Origin: Raillietiella orientalis
Taxonomy: Eukaryota
Direction: 5' to 3'
NCBI GenBank assembly: GCA_036172245.1
Contig: JAYWIR010000021.1
Location: 372,001-436,000 of the forward strand
DNA length: 64,000 nucleotides
Shown here: one piece after another, positions 14,100 to 25,670 of the stretch
Numbering within the stretch: the first letter of the stretch is position 1
How the letters are laid out: every line of letters starts with the position of its first letter
Made by a program: the position numbers and the translations under genes
The notes under the pieces: generated by a model
Databases searched by the model: none
What the model was told of the DNA's origin: nothing
What the model saw: the letters and a program-made list of their open reading frames with translations, nothing else

Positions 14100-15420
14100 A
14101 GCAGCGTGTCCTCTGGAACGGGAGGAACGCGCACTCCCATTTGCACGATGACGCTTATTGCAGCGACATGGGCGTTTGCGTGGAATATTGCCTGCGGGCA
14201 AAAGGCACCACGGATGAACCTCCGGACAAATGAATTTCCTCGTCGTCGGAAGGGGGAAGCGGATGAATCGTGCGGGGGCGCGGAGGGAGGCAGGCAACCG
14301 GGAGTCAAGGGATTGCGGGAGGGAACCGCCTCCAGCGTGTTAGCTGAGCATCTCAGGAGCTCAAGATACGGTCCACGAAATCCGAGCTTCGCGCGGGGCT
14401 CCGAGGGGAAGCGCAGAAGTGCTTCCCGTGAATGCATCGACGTGCACTCACCTCGTTTGCACCTTTCTGCTTCCTTGCACACGGGGGATGCTGAGTGCGA
14501 TCGATTCCGAGCGGAGATGCCGTAACGCCACCAACAGCAAGGAAAGAAAACGGCGCACTTTCGCGCATCCGGATGAAAGAAAATTTATCCCGGCCCACAC
14601 GCGGCTCGATTTTCGCCTTTTCCGTCCGCTCAGACAGAAATCCTGCAGCTTGCTGAGCAAAGAGTTGAAAATTCAAAAAGGCCGTTATCTGTATCGGAAA
14701 ATCCCCCGGGAACAGCGGAAGTCTCCTCGGCTCTTTCCCTCCCAATGCTTCCGCCTTACGAAAGCTGCGCAAGACGTGCTTTTGCCTCCTTAACTTCCTT
14801 TCTTTTCAAACATACCTCCATCTCGCAGCCTCTTTCGGCATCTTTCAAGGCAACGGCGGGAGGCAGGGAACGAGACGAGCATCTATGCAAAAAACAGGGG
14901 ATGATGGAAAAGGAGGAAGTAGGAGGAGGGGGGAAAAAAAGCAAGCAACGCGCATTCATTGAATGGGAGCAGCGGACAGATTGCCAATCCATCACCGGCC
15001 TCCTCATCCGGTCCTTGCGCTCCCGGGGAGCATCAGCTGCGCTCCGTGTTAACGAGACCGTCGTAAATGAGGTCAGATCTCCTTGACGAGTGTGCATCGG
15101 TTTGCCTTCCGAGAGCTTTCCAGCATTCGGAAACCATCAGGAGCGGTCATCAGATCTCTTCATCAGTCCGGCTTCAGAGGAGAGGAGATCCTCGCCGATG
15201 CTCGAATCCGCTGGAAGATTTTAATTTGCATCGCAGTTGGGTTGCCACAGCTGGGATTCGCCGCAGAGATGCTGCGATCGGAGAATACCACCCTGGCAAC
15301 CCTTATTATACGGTTCCACTCGACTTTGGATCTTCGCAGCTGACATTTCCATTTGGCTGCCTCGGAGCTGCCCAAAGCGATCCTTCCTCTTCGTCTATGA
15401 CGGGCAGAGAATTTTGACAT
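14100..15420 (+). pseudogene. Decayed LINE ORF2: APE relic followed by RT N-terminal motifs
   Basis: LIAATW, CIDVHSP (~NVYAP), HTGDAEC (~GDFN), TF...TRLDF, then QSGFRG and TLDLRS. Confidence 0.5.
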
Positions 15421-16419
15421 CGGGCAAGATTTCGTCCCCCCGCTCTCCCCGGTTTCCGAATTTTGCGATTCTTCCTCAGGATCGGAACGGGCACTTCGTC
15501 CCACCCACTCGGCCCCTCTTCCGGAGGCGATTTTTTTTTTTTTCCTTCCGTTGCGAGGAGCAGAATATCTTCAGTATCTCGGAGATCGTTGCTGTGCCTC
15601 CAGCCTCCGATGCTCTTGGTGCACCGCCTTCTCTTTTTTTAAATACCCTCGGTATGTTTCAGCACAACAGCCCTCCGAAGGATACCATTTAGTTATCCGC
15701 AGTGAGGATCCGTAATGCTATGTGATGTGGCAAAATGTGACCTTGGCAGCATTCCTGAAATCTGAAGAAATGGAAGAGCCTTCGAGGAGTCCTTCGAAAG
15801 CAGCAACAGCAGCAGCAAACACGATCCCATTCTGCACATTCCTTCGCATCCTTGGGAAGGAATGTCCTCAAGTCCTAAAGCGCCCGGAAGCACTTGGCAG
15901 CACTGCTATGACTCTGTCTGCTTTCCGCAGCTTCGGAGAGAATGCAAAAGGGTCGAAGCCGCTGCAGAAAAACGAGGGCGGGGTGGTTGGGGCAGGGGAT
16001 TGAACGCTCGTCTTCCAGGCTCACGGCTGCCTTCGATCCGGAAACAGTACGAAAGCGAAGGATTCCTCTCATTAAGAGGAACGCTGCAGGCATTTGGCTA
16101 ATTTTCACAGTAATTGACTCCGAAACTTGATTTCGTGCCAATCCTTTCTTAACGGCCTGATGATGGTGGTGGCTTTGCTTTCATCTGTCTCCACTTTGTT
16201 TCTGCTGCTGCTGCTGCTGCAATGAGGGGGGGGAGGACGCTGGATCCGATGCGCGGCTCTTAAATCTCCGGCAATTAAGAGAGCTGCCACTTCCTCGATC
16301 CAACCCTTCAGAAATCGTTGTCTCGGCTCGGCTTAACGATCCTTCATCTCGCCGTTTTCGAAGACCGCTCGCTCCCCCTGAATCAGCTGCACTCGTTGCC
16401 TGGAAACCCGCTTTCCAAC

Positions 16420-17260
16420 TCGTGTCAGAGGTCCTGCTGACGCGTGACGCGACCGGGGAGCACCTGGACCGAAGGCATTTCCGTGTCGACGCCGACACTT
16501 TCCGGCACGCTCTTCCACGCAGCTTGCGGTACGCGTGCCATCCGCAGGCTGCGTGGAGGACCACCCAAGTGCAAAGGCTCCCGGGATTCTGTTTTTTAGA
16601 GATCGGGGATCCCCCCCCCCCCTTAAAGAAAGCAAAACTGCCTGTTGGCATCCGATGACCTGACTCCAGGAGGCTTTCCACTGTTTTTTTAACTGTTACC
16701 AATACTTTTTCATTTTTCAGAATTTCACATTTACCTATTCATTTCGCATTTATTTATTACATATAAATACGCATAACAAACATGCATTTATTTTTAAATA
16801 ATCTTTAACATACATTAATGATGCATTAATGCATATTATTAATTATACGAATGGTATGTATGCTAATGAATATTAATCAAGATATATATGTTAAAATGGT
16901 ACCTTTATATCGGTAGTATACATGTCAATAATTACAAATACGTGAGCGTGTTGGTCCGCGCACGATAAGTATGTACATCATTTGTTCTTCATGATCCTTC
17001 GGCTCGTCAACATTACGAGTGCGAAGGTAATGACTCTCGGAGCGGATGGGCGTCCACTCGGCGTCCACCGCCAACACATGAAATGTGTGGTCCATCGGCA
17101 CGTCCGCTCCTGTCGGCGCTCGCAATCGGGAAGGAAGAGAGAAGAAATCTTTCTTTCCCGGAATCCGCGAAAGGGGAAGATGATGACCGTCGGCCACGTC
17201 GACGCAGAGTGCCGAGACGGAGCTCGAAATCCGTAACTGAAAATTACGTGCGGCGCCCGA
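16420..17260 (+). pseudogene. Possible PIF/Harbinger transposase relic interrupted by an AT-rich block (16700-16940)
   Basis: RRHFRVDADTFRHAL and SRNPRKGKMMTVGHVDAECR resemble Harbinger FRMxxxxF and YxNRKG...vDa..R motifs. Confidence 0.22.
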
Positions 17261-17299
17261 AAGGGATGACACGACCGACCACCACCGCATTTTTCGAAT

Positions 17300-17800
17300 T
17301 CCCTCAGGAGATCCTCCCAGAAAGCGCGCGCGTAAATCATTGTGCTTCTAATGGATTTTCACAACCCGCTTGGAGCCCGCGTGACGGGTTCTCGAAAATC
17401 GGCTGTGGCGCGTTTCGGAGCGCCACCGTTTCCACCGAAAATGGCAGGGGGCTCCCCCCCGGTCAGAGCTGCCGAATCCGTTCCCGTCCGGGTTCCCGTG
17501 GGACGCACCCGTGGGGCCTTCTCGACCCGTTCCGCAGAAACGCACCTCCGCCCTCGACGTGGCGGATCGTAAAAGTGTTCGGCCGTGTGCACAGCGCACG
17601 GCTGCTCGTGTTGTGCACGGCGGACATCCACTGCTGACCCGAAAGGCATGAGGAAAACCGCAGCCAACGCCGGTGTCCCATAAATTTTCCACCTGACGTG
17701 CATCCCGAGATCATCCCCGCTGATGCTTGCCGGGCGGGGGGATTCGCCTTAATAGGTAACCGTGCAAATTGGACTTTGCGCTGCCGGGCCAACGGCAGGC
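17300..17800 (+). pseudogene. Possible L1-clade post-RT (thumb) fragment
   Basis: WRIVKVF...ARLLVLC...RAGGFAL resembles the region ending in the GGLGL motif. Confidence 0.3.
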
Positions 17801-19639
17801 AGAGATGAGGAAAAATGCTGATTGCGCGCGTGACACGAATGGGAAGAGCATCCCTTCCTCTCGGGTGCATTCCTTCGGACCGGTGCTCCCGCGATGCAAA
17901 GAGGTTCGAAAGCGGACTGTCCTCCGTGCCGCAGTTTCTTCCTCCGCCCTGGAAACAGGAAGAGCTGTTCTCACCTGTTGGTTGGTTGCCGGCTGTCTTC
18001 GAAACCGCAGCTTCGCGCTCCTTCCGTCCCTCCCACCCCTCTCGCACGTCACCCTTCAGGAAAATCAGACTTCGGCTCGCTCCGAGATAACCGCCAGCCT
18101 CTCCTCTTCCTCTTCCTCCTACTCAGCAGTCGCTCTCGATCGGGAAAGCTGAGAAAAGACAAAAGCAACGGAGCGGAATCTTTTCCAGGAAGCCTTTTCT
18201 TCTTATCATTTCCTTTCCAGAGACAAGAAGGCGGAGGAAAGGATATGAGGTCACGTTGAGGTGGTCTTTCATTTTCAGCTGATATTTTTGCTTCCGATTT
18301 TATGCATGCGCATTTAAAAATCCTTCATTCCACCTCACCCATCTTCCTGACTCGCTCGTTTCTGGCCGTTTCTTTCGAGACTGCCGAGGCGTTTCCGGTA
18401 CGCGAAAGAGTGCGTACTCGGAGAGAGACCGTCCTCTGACCACACCTTGTCACCTCATTCACACCATCAAGGTCGGAGCAGGGTTCACCCGAATTCGTCG
18501 GTTAAACGCTGCGGCGGCAGCTCGGAGTTCAAGATGGTGCTGCTGCAGGTCGCATGCTGCCGAGCTGTCCTCGGCGTGAAGAAGCCGCTCGAAGGCAATC
18601 CACCCCGTTCGGCCACAATTCGGTCTTCATTCGGTCTTCAGCGGCACGCGCATCAAGACAGGAATCCACTTCATAAACAAACTGCAATGCGGCATCCACC
18701 CGAAACGATCCCGAAAGAAAAAGGGGAGTGTTCCTTCTTCAGGATTCAAAGGAATCCCCTTCCTGAGGAAGAGAAGGGAAGAAAAGGTGTTTTGCAGATT
18801 TTCTCGTCTCCCGTGACGTCACGTGTTGACTGCACGGATCTGCGTTGGACCTGTTTGGCACAGTGGCTTCGTCCTCCCCAAAAAAGAAGTCTCCAGAAAC
18901 GCCACGCAACCTGTTTTGAAAATTCCAGCCGTTCCCACGAATGTCCTTCCGGGACCCCTCTGCAGATGAGGATGCGTTCCCGCGATTCCGATCGAAAGCC
19001 CCGCCCACCAGAAGCAGCCTAACATCGTTTTCCCCGCGGGGCTGCTAATTCGCTATAAGCGTTCCCTCTGGGCACGCCACAAATCATGACCGCGCTCCTC
19101 CGTGACCTCATGGAAAGTCCTCCCTTGATTTCTCACTCGAAACTGTCGTGCGCTTCGCCCGTTTCCGCGGTTGCGGACTCTGCGCCGCGTGCTCCCTGGG
19201 CGGCGCGCGCGCGGGCGAAGGATTCGACCGGGGATTTGCTCCCTTCGGTCTCCTCGCGGACTTCCCTGCCGTCCGGAAGGCGGCGGACTGCCCCCCGGAT
19301 ACAAGGCTCGGACGCTCGCGTTCCTGGAGTCCGCCCGTTCCCGATCCCGCCTCTCGCGAGCCGGGGGAGCGTCTCTCGCACGCGCCGGTTCTTCCCCTCC
19401 TCGAGAGGGGCGTCTCCGACACCCTCCAGGCTCGCGGGGCGAAAAACGGCGATTTCACGAGGCCCGCGAAGCACCTCGGGACGGCACGAAAGAAACCATT
19501 AAAAATCCATCAAAGGGACCTTCAAAGTACAATGCCTCCTGATTGCCCTTCCAGGCCCGTTCCAGGGAGGCAGGACTGGCAACAGTCCGCGGGCAAAGAC
19601 AGCCATCGTTGGTTTCCTCCTCTCACGATTCGCAGGGAT

Positions 19640-19950
19640 CCCCGAAGGGAACCTATTATTTTTTATTTCCTCTGATGGCAACTCCCGGGGGACGGCATCA
19701 ACCAGCTCCATGGTGCGACTGCGTTTTCCTAACCGAGAGGGGAGAGGGGGGGAACCCCGAAGGCCCCCTTGATTTACGGATGGACCGCGGAGGGTCGGCT
19801 CCCAGTCCTGGACACCCAACGGGGGCATCCGGGGGTTTCCGGCTGCTTCCACCAGTGCTGCCGCGCCCCGAGCCAACAGAGGCCAACCAGCGTCATCTTG
19901 CGGGGAGAGCTCGAAACCCTCGACGTACTCATTTCTCGGGGGGCTGACCC
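19640..19950 (+). repeat. Family 5' module, partial copy
   Basis: ggtttccggctgcttccaccagtg...agccaacagaggccaaccagcgtcatcttgcggggagagctcgaaaccctcgacg matches copies near 26070, 38850(-), 53530 and 62800(-). Confidence 0.8.
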
Positions 19951-21029
19951 TTCCCCCGGGCCCGCGACTCCAGGTGCCGCCGCAGCTGCCAGTGCGGGAA
20001 CGGATCTCCTCCCCACGTGCACCCCATCAAAGTCGAGCAGCGAACCGAAGATTTTTCTTCTCCCCAAAGTCCAAAGGAAAAGAAATCCATCCTGGACGAG
20101 CAGGCGCCGTCAATGCTGGACACACACCACGGGGCTAGGAAAAGCGCAACGCTGCTCCGCAGCCACTCCCGCGGTCAACGCGGGGGGGAGGAGTAACCGA
20201 GCTCGTCGGTTATGGCTCGAGGCCCCGTTACTCTTCGTTATCTGAAACCGATACCTGCAAGAGTTGATTTTTTCTACCACCTGCAGATTCCTTCCATCCG
20301 GTCGTCGACCTCATCACTGGCATATTTTTAATTTGCACGCTGGGCTCCTGCACCAGAAGAGGAACTTCGCACCACTTTTCCCTCCGGACGAAAATAGGAT
20401 GGAGTGAAAGAGATGAATCGGGGAGGCTGAGATCAGCTGTAATGGAGAGTGAGCGATCACCAAATTATCCATCTTCAGGGGGCGCGAGCTTCTTCCTTTC
20501 CCTGTCCGAAACAGAATCTCGGTGGTTCCATTCCTCAATCGTGCTCCCGCTTCTTGTCTTATCGCTGTCAACAAGCTCAGCGAGCCGCCATTTTTTCCTC
20601 CTTTCCCTTTTCGGCGTCGGAGGCTGCTTGCCTAATTAGCGAGATCATCTTTAGCCTGGGGACCTTCCCAGGGATCCCATCCGAACTGGAACGGCGCATT
20701 CTCCGAGATTCGTTCCTTTGTCCCCACTTGTATTTTGTCTCCATCCCCTATTCCGCCGCAGCACAGCGCGCCCGTCCCAAGGTGGAGCTGAGTGTTCCGG
20801 CACGGCCGAGCTCTTAAATCAGGCTACCTTAAGGGTCGGCTCCTCTCAAGAGGTCCGTTGCCATGACAGCGAATTCGTCTTCACGTTCTGCCTACACCTG
20901 CTGCAGGTTTTCCATCTTCTGCCTGTCCTGGAACCTCACACCTCTCTCCGGATCCTCCCAGTTCGCTCGTTCCTCATGCTACTATGCATCTTCTTCATCT
21001 TCTGTATCTTTCTCTCTTCCATCCTTGCC

Positions 21030-21238
21030 GATGCTGAAACGTCACTTGGGTGACGCTTCCCGAGTGACGCTTCAGCCGCAGCACCAAAGGGTGTGAATCT
21101 TCAAACTCCTTCTTTGCTTGTCTTCGATGCTCCCATTCGCTTGGTGCTTGAGCGATCGATCGGGTGGTCTTTCACACCCTTTGGTGCTGCGGCTGAAGCG
21201 TCACTCGGGAAGCGTCACCCAAGTGACGTTTCAGCATC
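21030..21238. repeat. Perfect 68-bp inverted repeat with a 73-nt spacer
   Basis: 21030-21097 is the exact reverse complement of 21171-21238. Confidence 0.97.
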
Positions 21239-24200
21239 ACTGGGGGGGGGGGGAAGAGGGAGGAGGGGGGCGAGATGCCCTTCAAAGATGCTGCAGCGTC
21301 CGGACAGATTCCGATTCCCTAGGCCAACCAGAGTTACGTCAGCGGGAACGGCCCTCTGGCGTTTTCTCGACTGCACCCGCCAAGGTGCGTTCGGCACGAA
21401 TCGCACAGGGCAGCTCACCCGATCGGAGGGAGGCAAGCATACGTTGGGGCCGAGCGACAAGCTTTGGCTCGCCCGTGGTGGCGCGAATCGATCCAACGGG
21501 CAAAGGCGGCGTTGCCAGCGCCAAAACCACTCTTCAGCTCCGTGCCGAACCCGTTCACCCGTTGCGGTGCAGACGAGCGTCCGGCCCACTCCTCCCCCTC
21601 ACTGCCGGCGGAGCCCAGCTCGCGCCACAGGGAGTGCGGCGGGCGTCCCAGATGGATCCTTCGGACGTTCTTCGAACTTCTTGCGCCTCATCGCCAGCTT
21701 CCCACGTTCAGATAGGATGGGGGGATGCAAGCGATGGGCCTTTTCTCTTTTTCCGTGTCAAGAGGGGCTCGGAACGGCTTTCCGAAGATCGGCCTCTGCC
21801 GAGCCGTGTTGCCGAGTTACAGCATGCAGCTCATTCCTCACTCTCTCCTCACCTTTTCCTTTTCTTTGTTTTCTCGCATCGCGTAGTTACCGGTGCCCAC
21901 GTAAGCACTGATGGCGATCACCGAGGTGCCACGTTCCGCATTACCGCCGAACCATCCGTCCGACCAAACAAGCGTTCGGGACAAAAGAATGAATCCGATT
22001 AAGGTGCATTCCCACCTGCCATCCCCCGCGGAAATCCCACCCGAGCTGCTCTCCTCAGATGAGAGGTCGAAAGCAGTCCGCGAGCGCGCGCATTTTCGGT
22101 GAGTCTAATAGAAGGCGGCGTGTAAGACCACGGGAGAGAGAGCATGGAATGGGGAGCAGGTGGACGTCGTGCTCCCACTTCGGGTGCGCGCTTGAGATTC
22201 GCGCGGGTGCGCAGACGTCGGATGGCGAGAGCCTGCGTGATGTCCGCTCCGAGTTCCAAAAAAAAAAAAGAAACAAACTGGCGCTCGGAATTGAGGCGTG
22301 CGCATGACTTCGGTGCCACGCGGAGGAACGGCGACCTCCGCTTCGAGCGCAGCGGCGTGCCTTCGCAGCAAACCGTTCGCGGTGAATGGACAGTCGCGAA
22401 AGATAAATAAACGGTCACAGGAAGTCCTCCGCCCGTCGCCGTCCACCCGCCTTCGACGTGCTTCGATTGCTCTATTTTGCCTTTCCTTCGATTTGTCTTC
22501 TTCATTTCATCTCCTTTTTTTTTTTTTTTTCTTTCAACCTACTTTTTGTTGATATGAGTATGGGTGGGCCTACAGTGCTCCATGGAAATCTTGAAGCATT
22601 GTCAGCAGACTCAGACACCAGACACTTCCGGCAGATGCTGTTGTTGTTTTTTTTTTTTGCTTAGCCCATGAACGAAATGGCTCTGAAGCACGAACTCGGG
22701 GACTTCCCTGCGCCTCAAATACCTCTCGTTCTTGACCTCTGCAAGAGGTCAGCGAAATGAAGTCTTCGGCAGCGGCAGACACAACCATCTTCCTTTGTGA
22801 CCTTTCTGCAGAAATGGACCTCTCGAAGGCAAGGAGTGGCAGTGCGAGCGGTCCCCTTGCGGGTGCCATGGGAACGTAACCAGCCCCAGGTGATCTTGCC
22901 CGATTCGTCTCCTCAAGGACCGCGCATCAGCAGGCTTCCTCTTCCGGAGATTCCGTCCAGAAGAAAAGCTGGAGTCTCTGCTACTGGGAAACGGCCCCTA
23001 ACTGTCAATGACGAGCCCGCAGGCGTAGGCGCAGCGCTCGGCCGGCGCTTGGCTCGCAGCGGGCCAGTTCCGCAGCGGAGGACAGTTTCCTTCGAAGCCA
23101 TGGGTGGTGGCCAGCCCGTTTTGAACACCGTCCTCGAGGTTTCGGCGCATCCTTTGTGCGTCTGACCGCGCCCTTCCTCGCATTCCCTAAGGTGGTGAGA
23201 AAGGCGGCTTTGCTGGCTGCCAACTTTCGGCCACATCCGCAGCTGTTCCCTTTCTTCCGCGCGAAATCCGCTTCGTCTTGATTACGCGTGAAGGTTCCGA
23301 GCTTCCGTGCCTTTCGAGGAGACAGAGACGCGCCGCGTTCTCGTGCAAGGCCAACGGGGAAAAGTCGCTGCTCACTCCTGACAAGGAAAGTAGGCCGCGG
23401 GACGACCTCGGAGGCAACCGCGTGCAAGACGCACTTCCAGGACGTTTCTCCATCCCTCATCTCCAGCGTGCAGGAAAACCCAAAGATCCCGCATCCTCCG
23501 GGCACCAAATCTTATCAAGACAAGCTGTTGCCCTTTGGCGAAGGAAGCAAGTTCTTTTACACCCCTCGTGGCATCCCGACCCGAGACTGTCCCTCGCTCT
23601 CTTCTGCTCTCTCACGAAGAACATAAAGGAGCAGCTTCGATGGGAAAGGGGAACGCACGTTCTGGCCCTTGGTTCCCGGAGCGGGAGCGCTCCGTATGCT
23701 GCTGGAGCAGCGGCGATGCAGCTCTGCTTCCCAGGAAGCGATAGCCCTTCGGGATGACAGCGGTCTTCCCAAAGTGAGTCAGAGAGCTCCTTTGCGGGCG
23801 AGGCAGCAGTCGGCGCGTGAGAGGGAGCGAAAGCGAATCGCCTTCCGGGAACCAATTAGGGGGACAACGTGAAGCGGATGACGGGCGATGTCCGTTCTCG
23901 CAAGAGCCAAATTTCTGACCCAGATGCGTCACGGGAGACAGACTCCGAGGAGGAGGCCTTCCTCCTCCGAGCGGGTTGATGGCTTCCCTTGAGATCATTA
24001 ATCTGCGGCGTGATCGAGAGAGGTGGCGCAGCCGAGCGGGGAGAAACTCCATCGCGGCGTCGGCGTCCCTCATGGGCGAGCAGTCAGGCGTTCCTTTCCC
24101 AAAGACCAGTAGTGACCTCACAGGAAAGCCGCCACTATCGGCCTAGGACGGACGAAGTCTTCCGGGATTTGTCTGTCTTCGCTGCTGTCCTGCTCGCTTT

Positions 24201-24300
24201 CTTTCTTTCCTTTTTTGGTTCTCCGAGCGTCCCGAAGAACCGTTTGTCTCTCTGGAGCTCCTTAAGAGACACCCGAGGGTGCTTCCGATTCCTCAATTTA

Positions 24301-25670
24301 GGTTTATCACCCGGTCACGCCAGGACGTTTATTATACAAAATACACATACGTGTGTAGGGCCATTGGCCCTACATTGCCCGAAAGTGCTCGGAATCTGCC
24401 GCTGCCGAGACGAACCTCGCTGGCACGCAGGCCAGCGAGGTTCGTCTCGGCAGCGGAGGGGAAGGGGGCAGACAGAAATAAAAAAAAAAAAACAAAAAAA
24501 TATATATACTAACAAATTGGCAGGGTTAGGGAAGGGATCACAGAATGCTGGAGGGCGTCCTCTGCGTCCATTCCAGGATGCCGGCAAGTATTAGCCGAGT
24601 ATGCCCCAGGCGGGTCACCTTGCTGCCGTCCTCATGAAGCTCAGGGCGAAGCAGATGACGCGCCTATCGTGCCGTCCTCCTCTCGCGTAGCTTCAGGCAG
24701 GCACAATTCCTCGTAGGCAGCAAAGAGCTGCTGGGGAGCGGCAGGCGAAAGGGCATCGCGCACTGGAGGCGCTCCATCACGTCCCTGGGATTGTCCGCCG
24801 GTGCGCCAAGGGCCGTTGCGTAGCGCAACCACAGTCTACGGGGGCCGGAGGGCAACACAGTCTGCAAGCACCTGCGGGAAGGATTCACGCTCCTCTCACC
24901 TGCTGCAGTTTGGGTCCGCGGCGTCCCGGGTTCAGGGAGACCGGCGGGAGGTGCACGGGATACCCCAGTGCAGCAGCAGAAGTGCCGACTCCTGCCGCTT
25001 CAGGGAGAGGACGCGATTGTTCTTCAGCGCTGGCGGCCACTCGAGGTCTTCCTGTAGGATTTCCAGCAGCACATGCCAACGCAATTGCCCTTTCGGTGGG
25101 GCACGTGCACTCGCAGCGCCCGTGAGCTGGCCCGCGGTCCAACCACCTAATTCCTTCGCTCTTTCACCTATCTCACTCACTTCGGACCTCCCACTTGTCC
25201 GGCTGGTTACTGTCCAGGTGCTCCTTAAGGGAGGGCAGTGCCGCGGCTGGGGAGATTCCTTGCGCCGTTCCACGCACACGTGGTGGGCTGCACGATGATG
25301 TCCTGCAGAGAGAGGTTGTTGTAGAGGGAGTGCAGCAGTCGCTGCCGCATCTCCGGGCTCGCTTCGTTGCTCTCGGCCCACGTGCGAACGGTTTCCTGCA
25401 ACCAGGCACTATCGTTGGCCAGGTATTCAGCCTGGCCACTCGCCGGAGCTCCAAGTTCGCAGCGGGACACGTTGCGCCAGGAACGAAGACAGTCCCTCAT
25501 AGCCGGTGGCACGTTTAACCAGGACTCGCGCCAGTTGGTGTTCCAAAGCTCCGCCACTGGGATAAGCATCCTCCACTGGAGCTGTCACTCCGGACGCTCC
25601 AGCGTCAGGAGGCCGAGACATCCATCGCGACGCAGAGCGCACAAACCTTCTGGTGGGATGGGGTCCTCAA
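24301..25670 (-). mobile_element. 5'-truncated LINE (post-RT region, zinc domain, 3' UTR) of the dominant family
   Basis: RRDG.LGLLTLER, SAWLQETVRTW, LLLLHWGIPC, ESFPQVLADC; AATAAA then gtcctggcgtgaccgggtgataaa terminus. Confidence 0.9.
24399..24456. repeat. Perfect 26-bp hairpin with a 6-nt loop inside the LINE 3' UTR
   Basis: ccgctgccgagacgaacctcgctggc-acgcag-gccagcgaggttcgtctcggcagcgg. Confidence 0.97.

Noticed and set aside
20700..21030. Copia-type gag relic on the minus strand (ATDLLRGADP)
   Set aside because: Single short motif among several stops; no LTR, integrase or PBS nearby.
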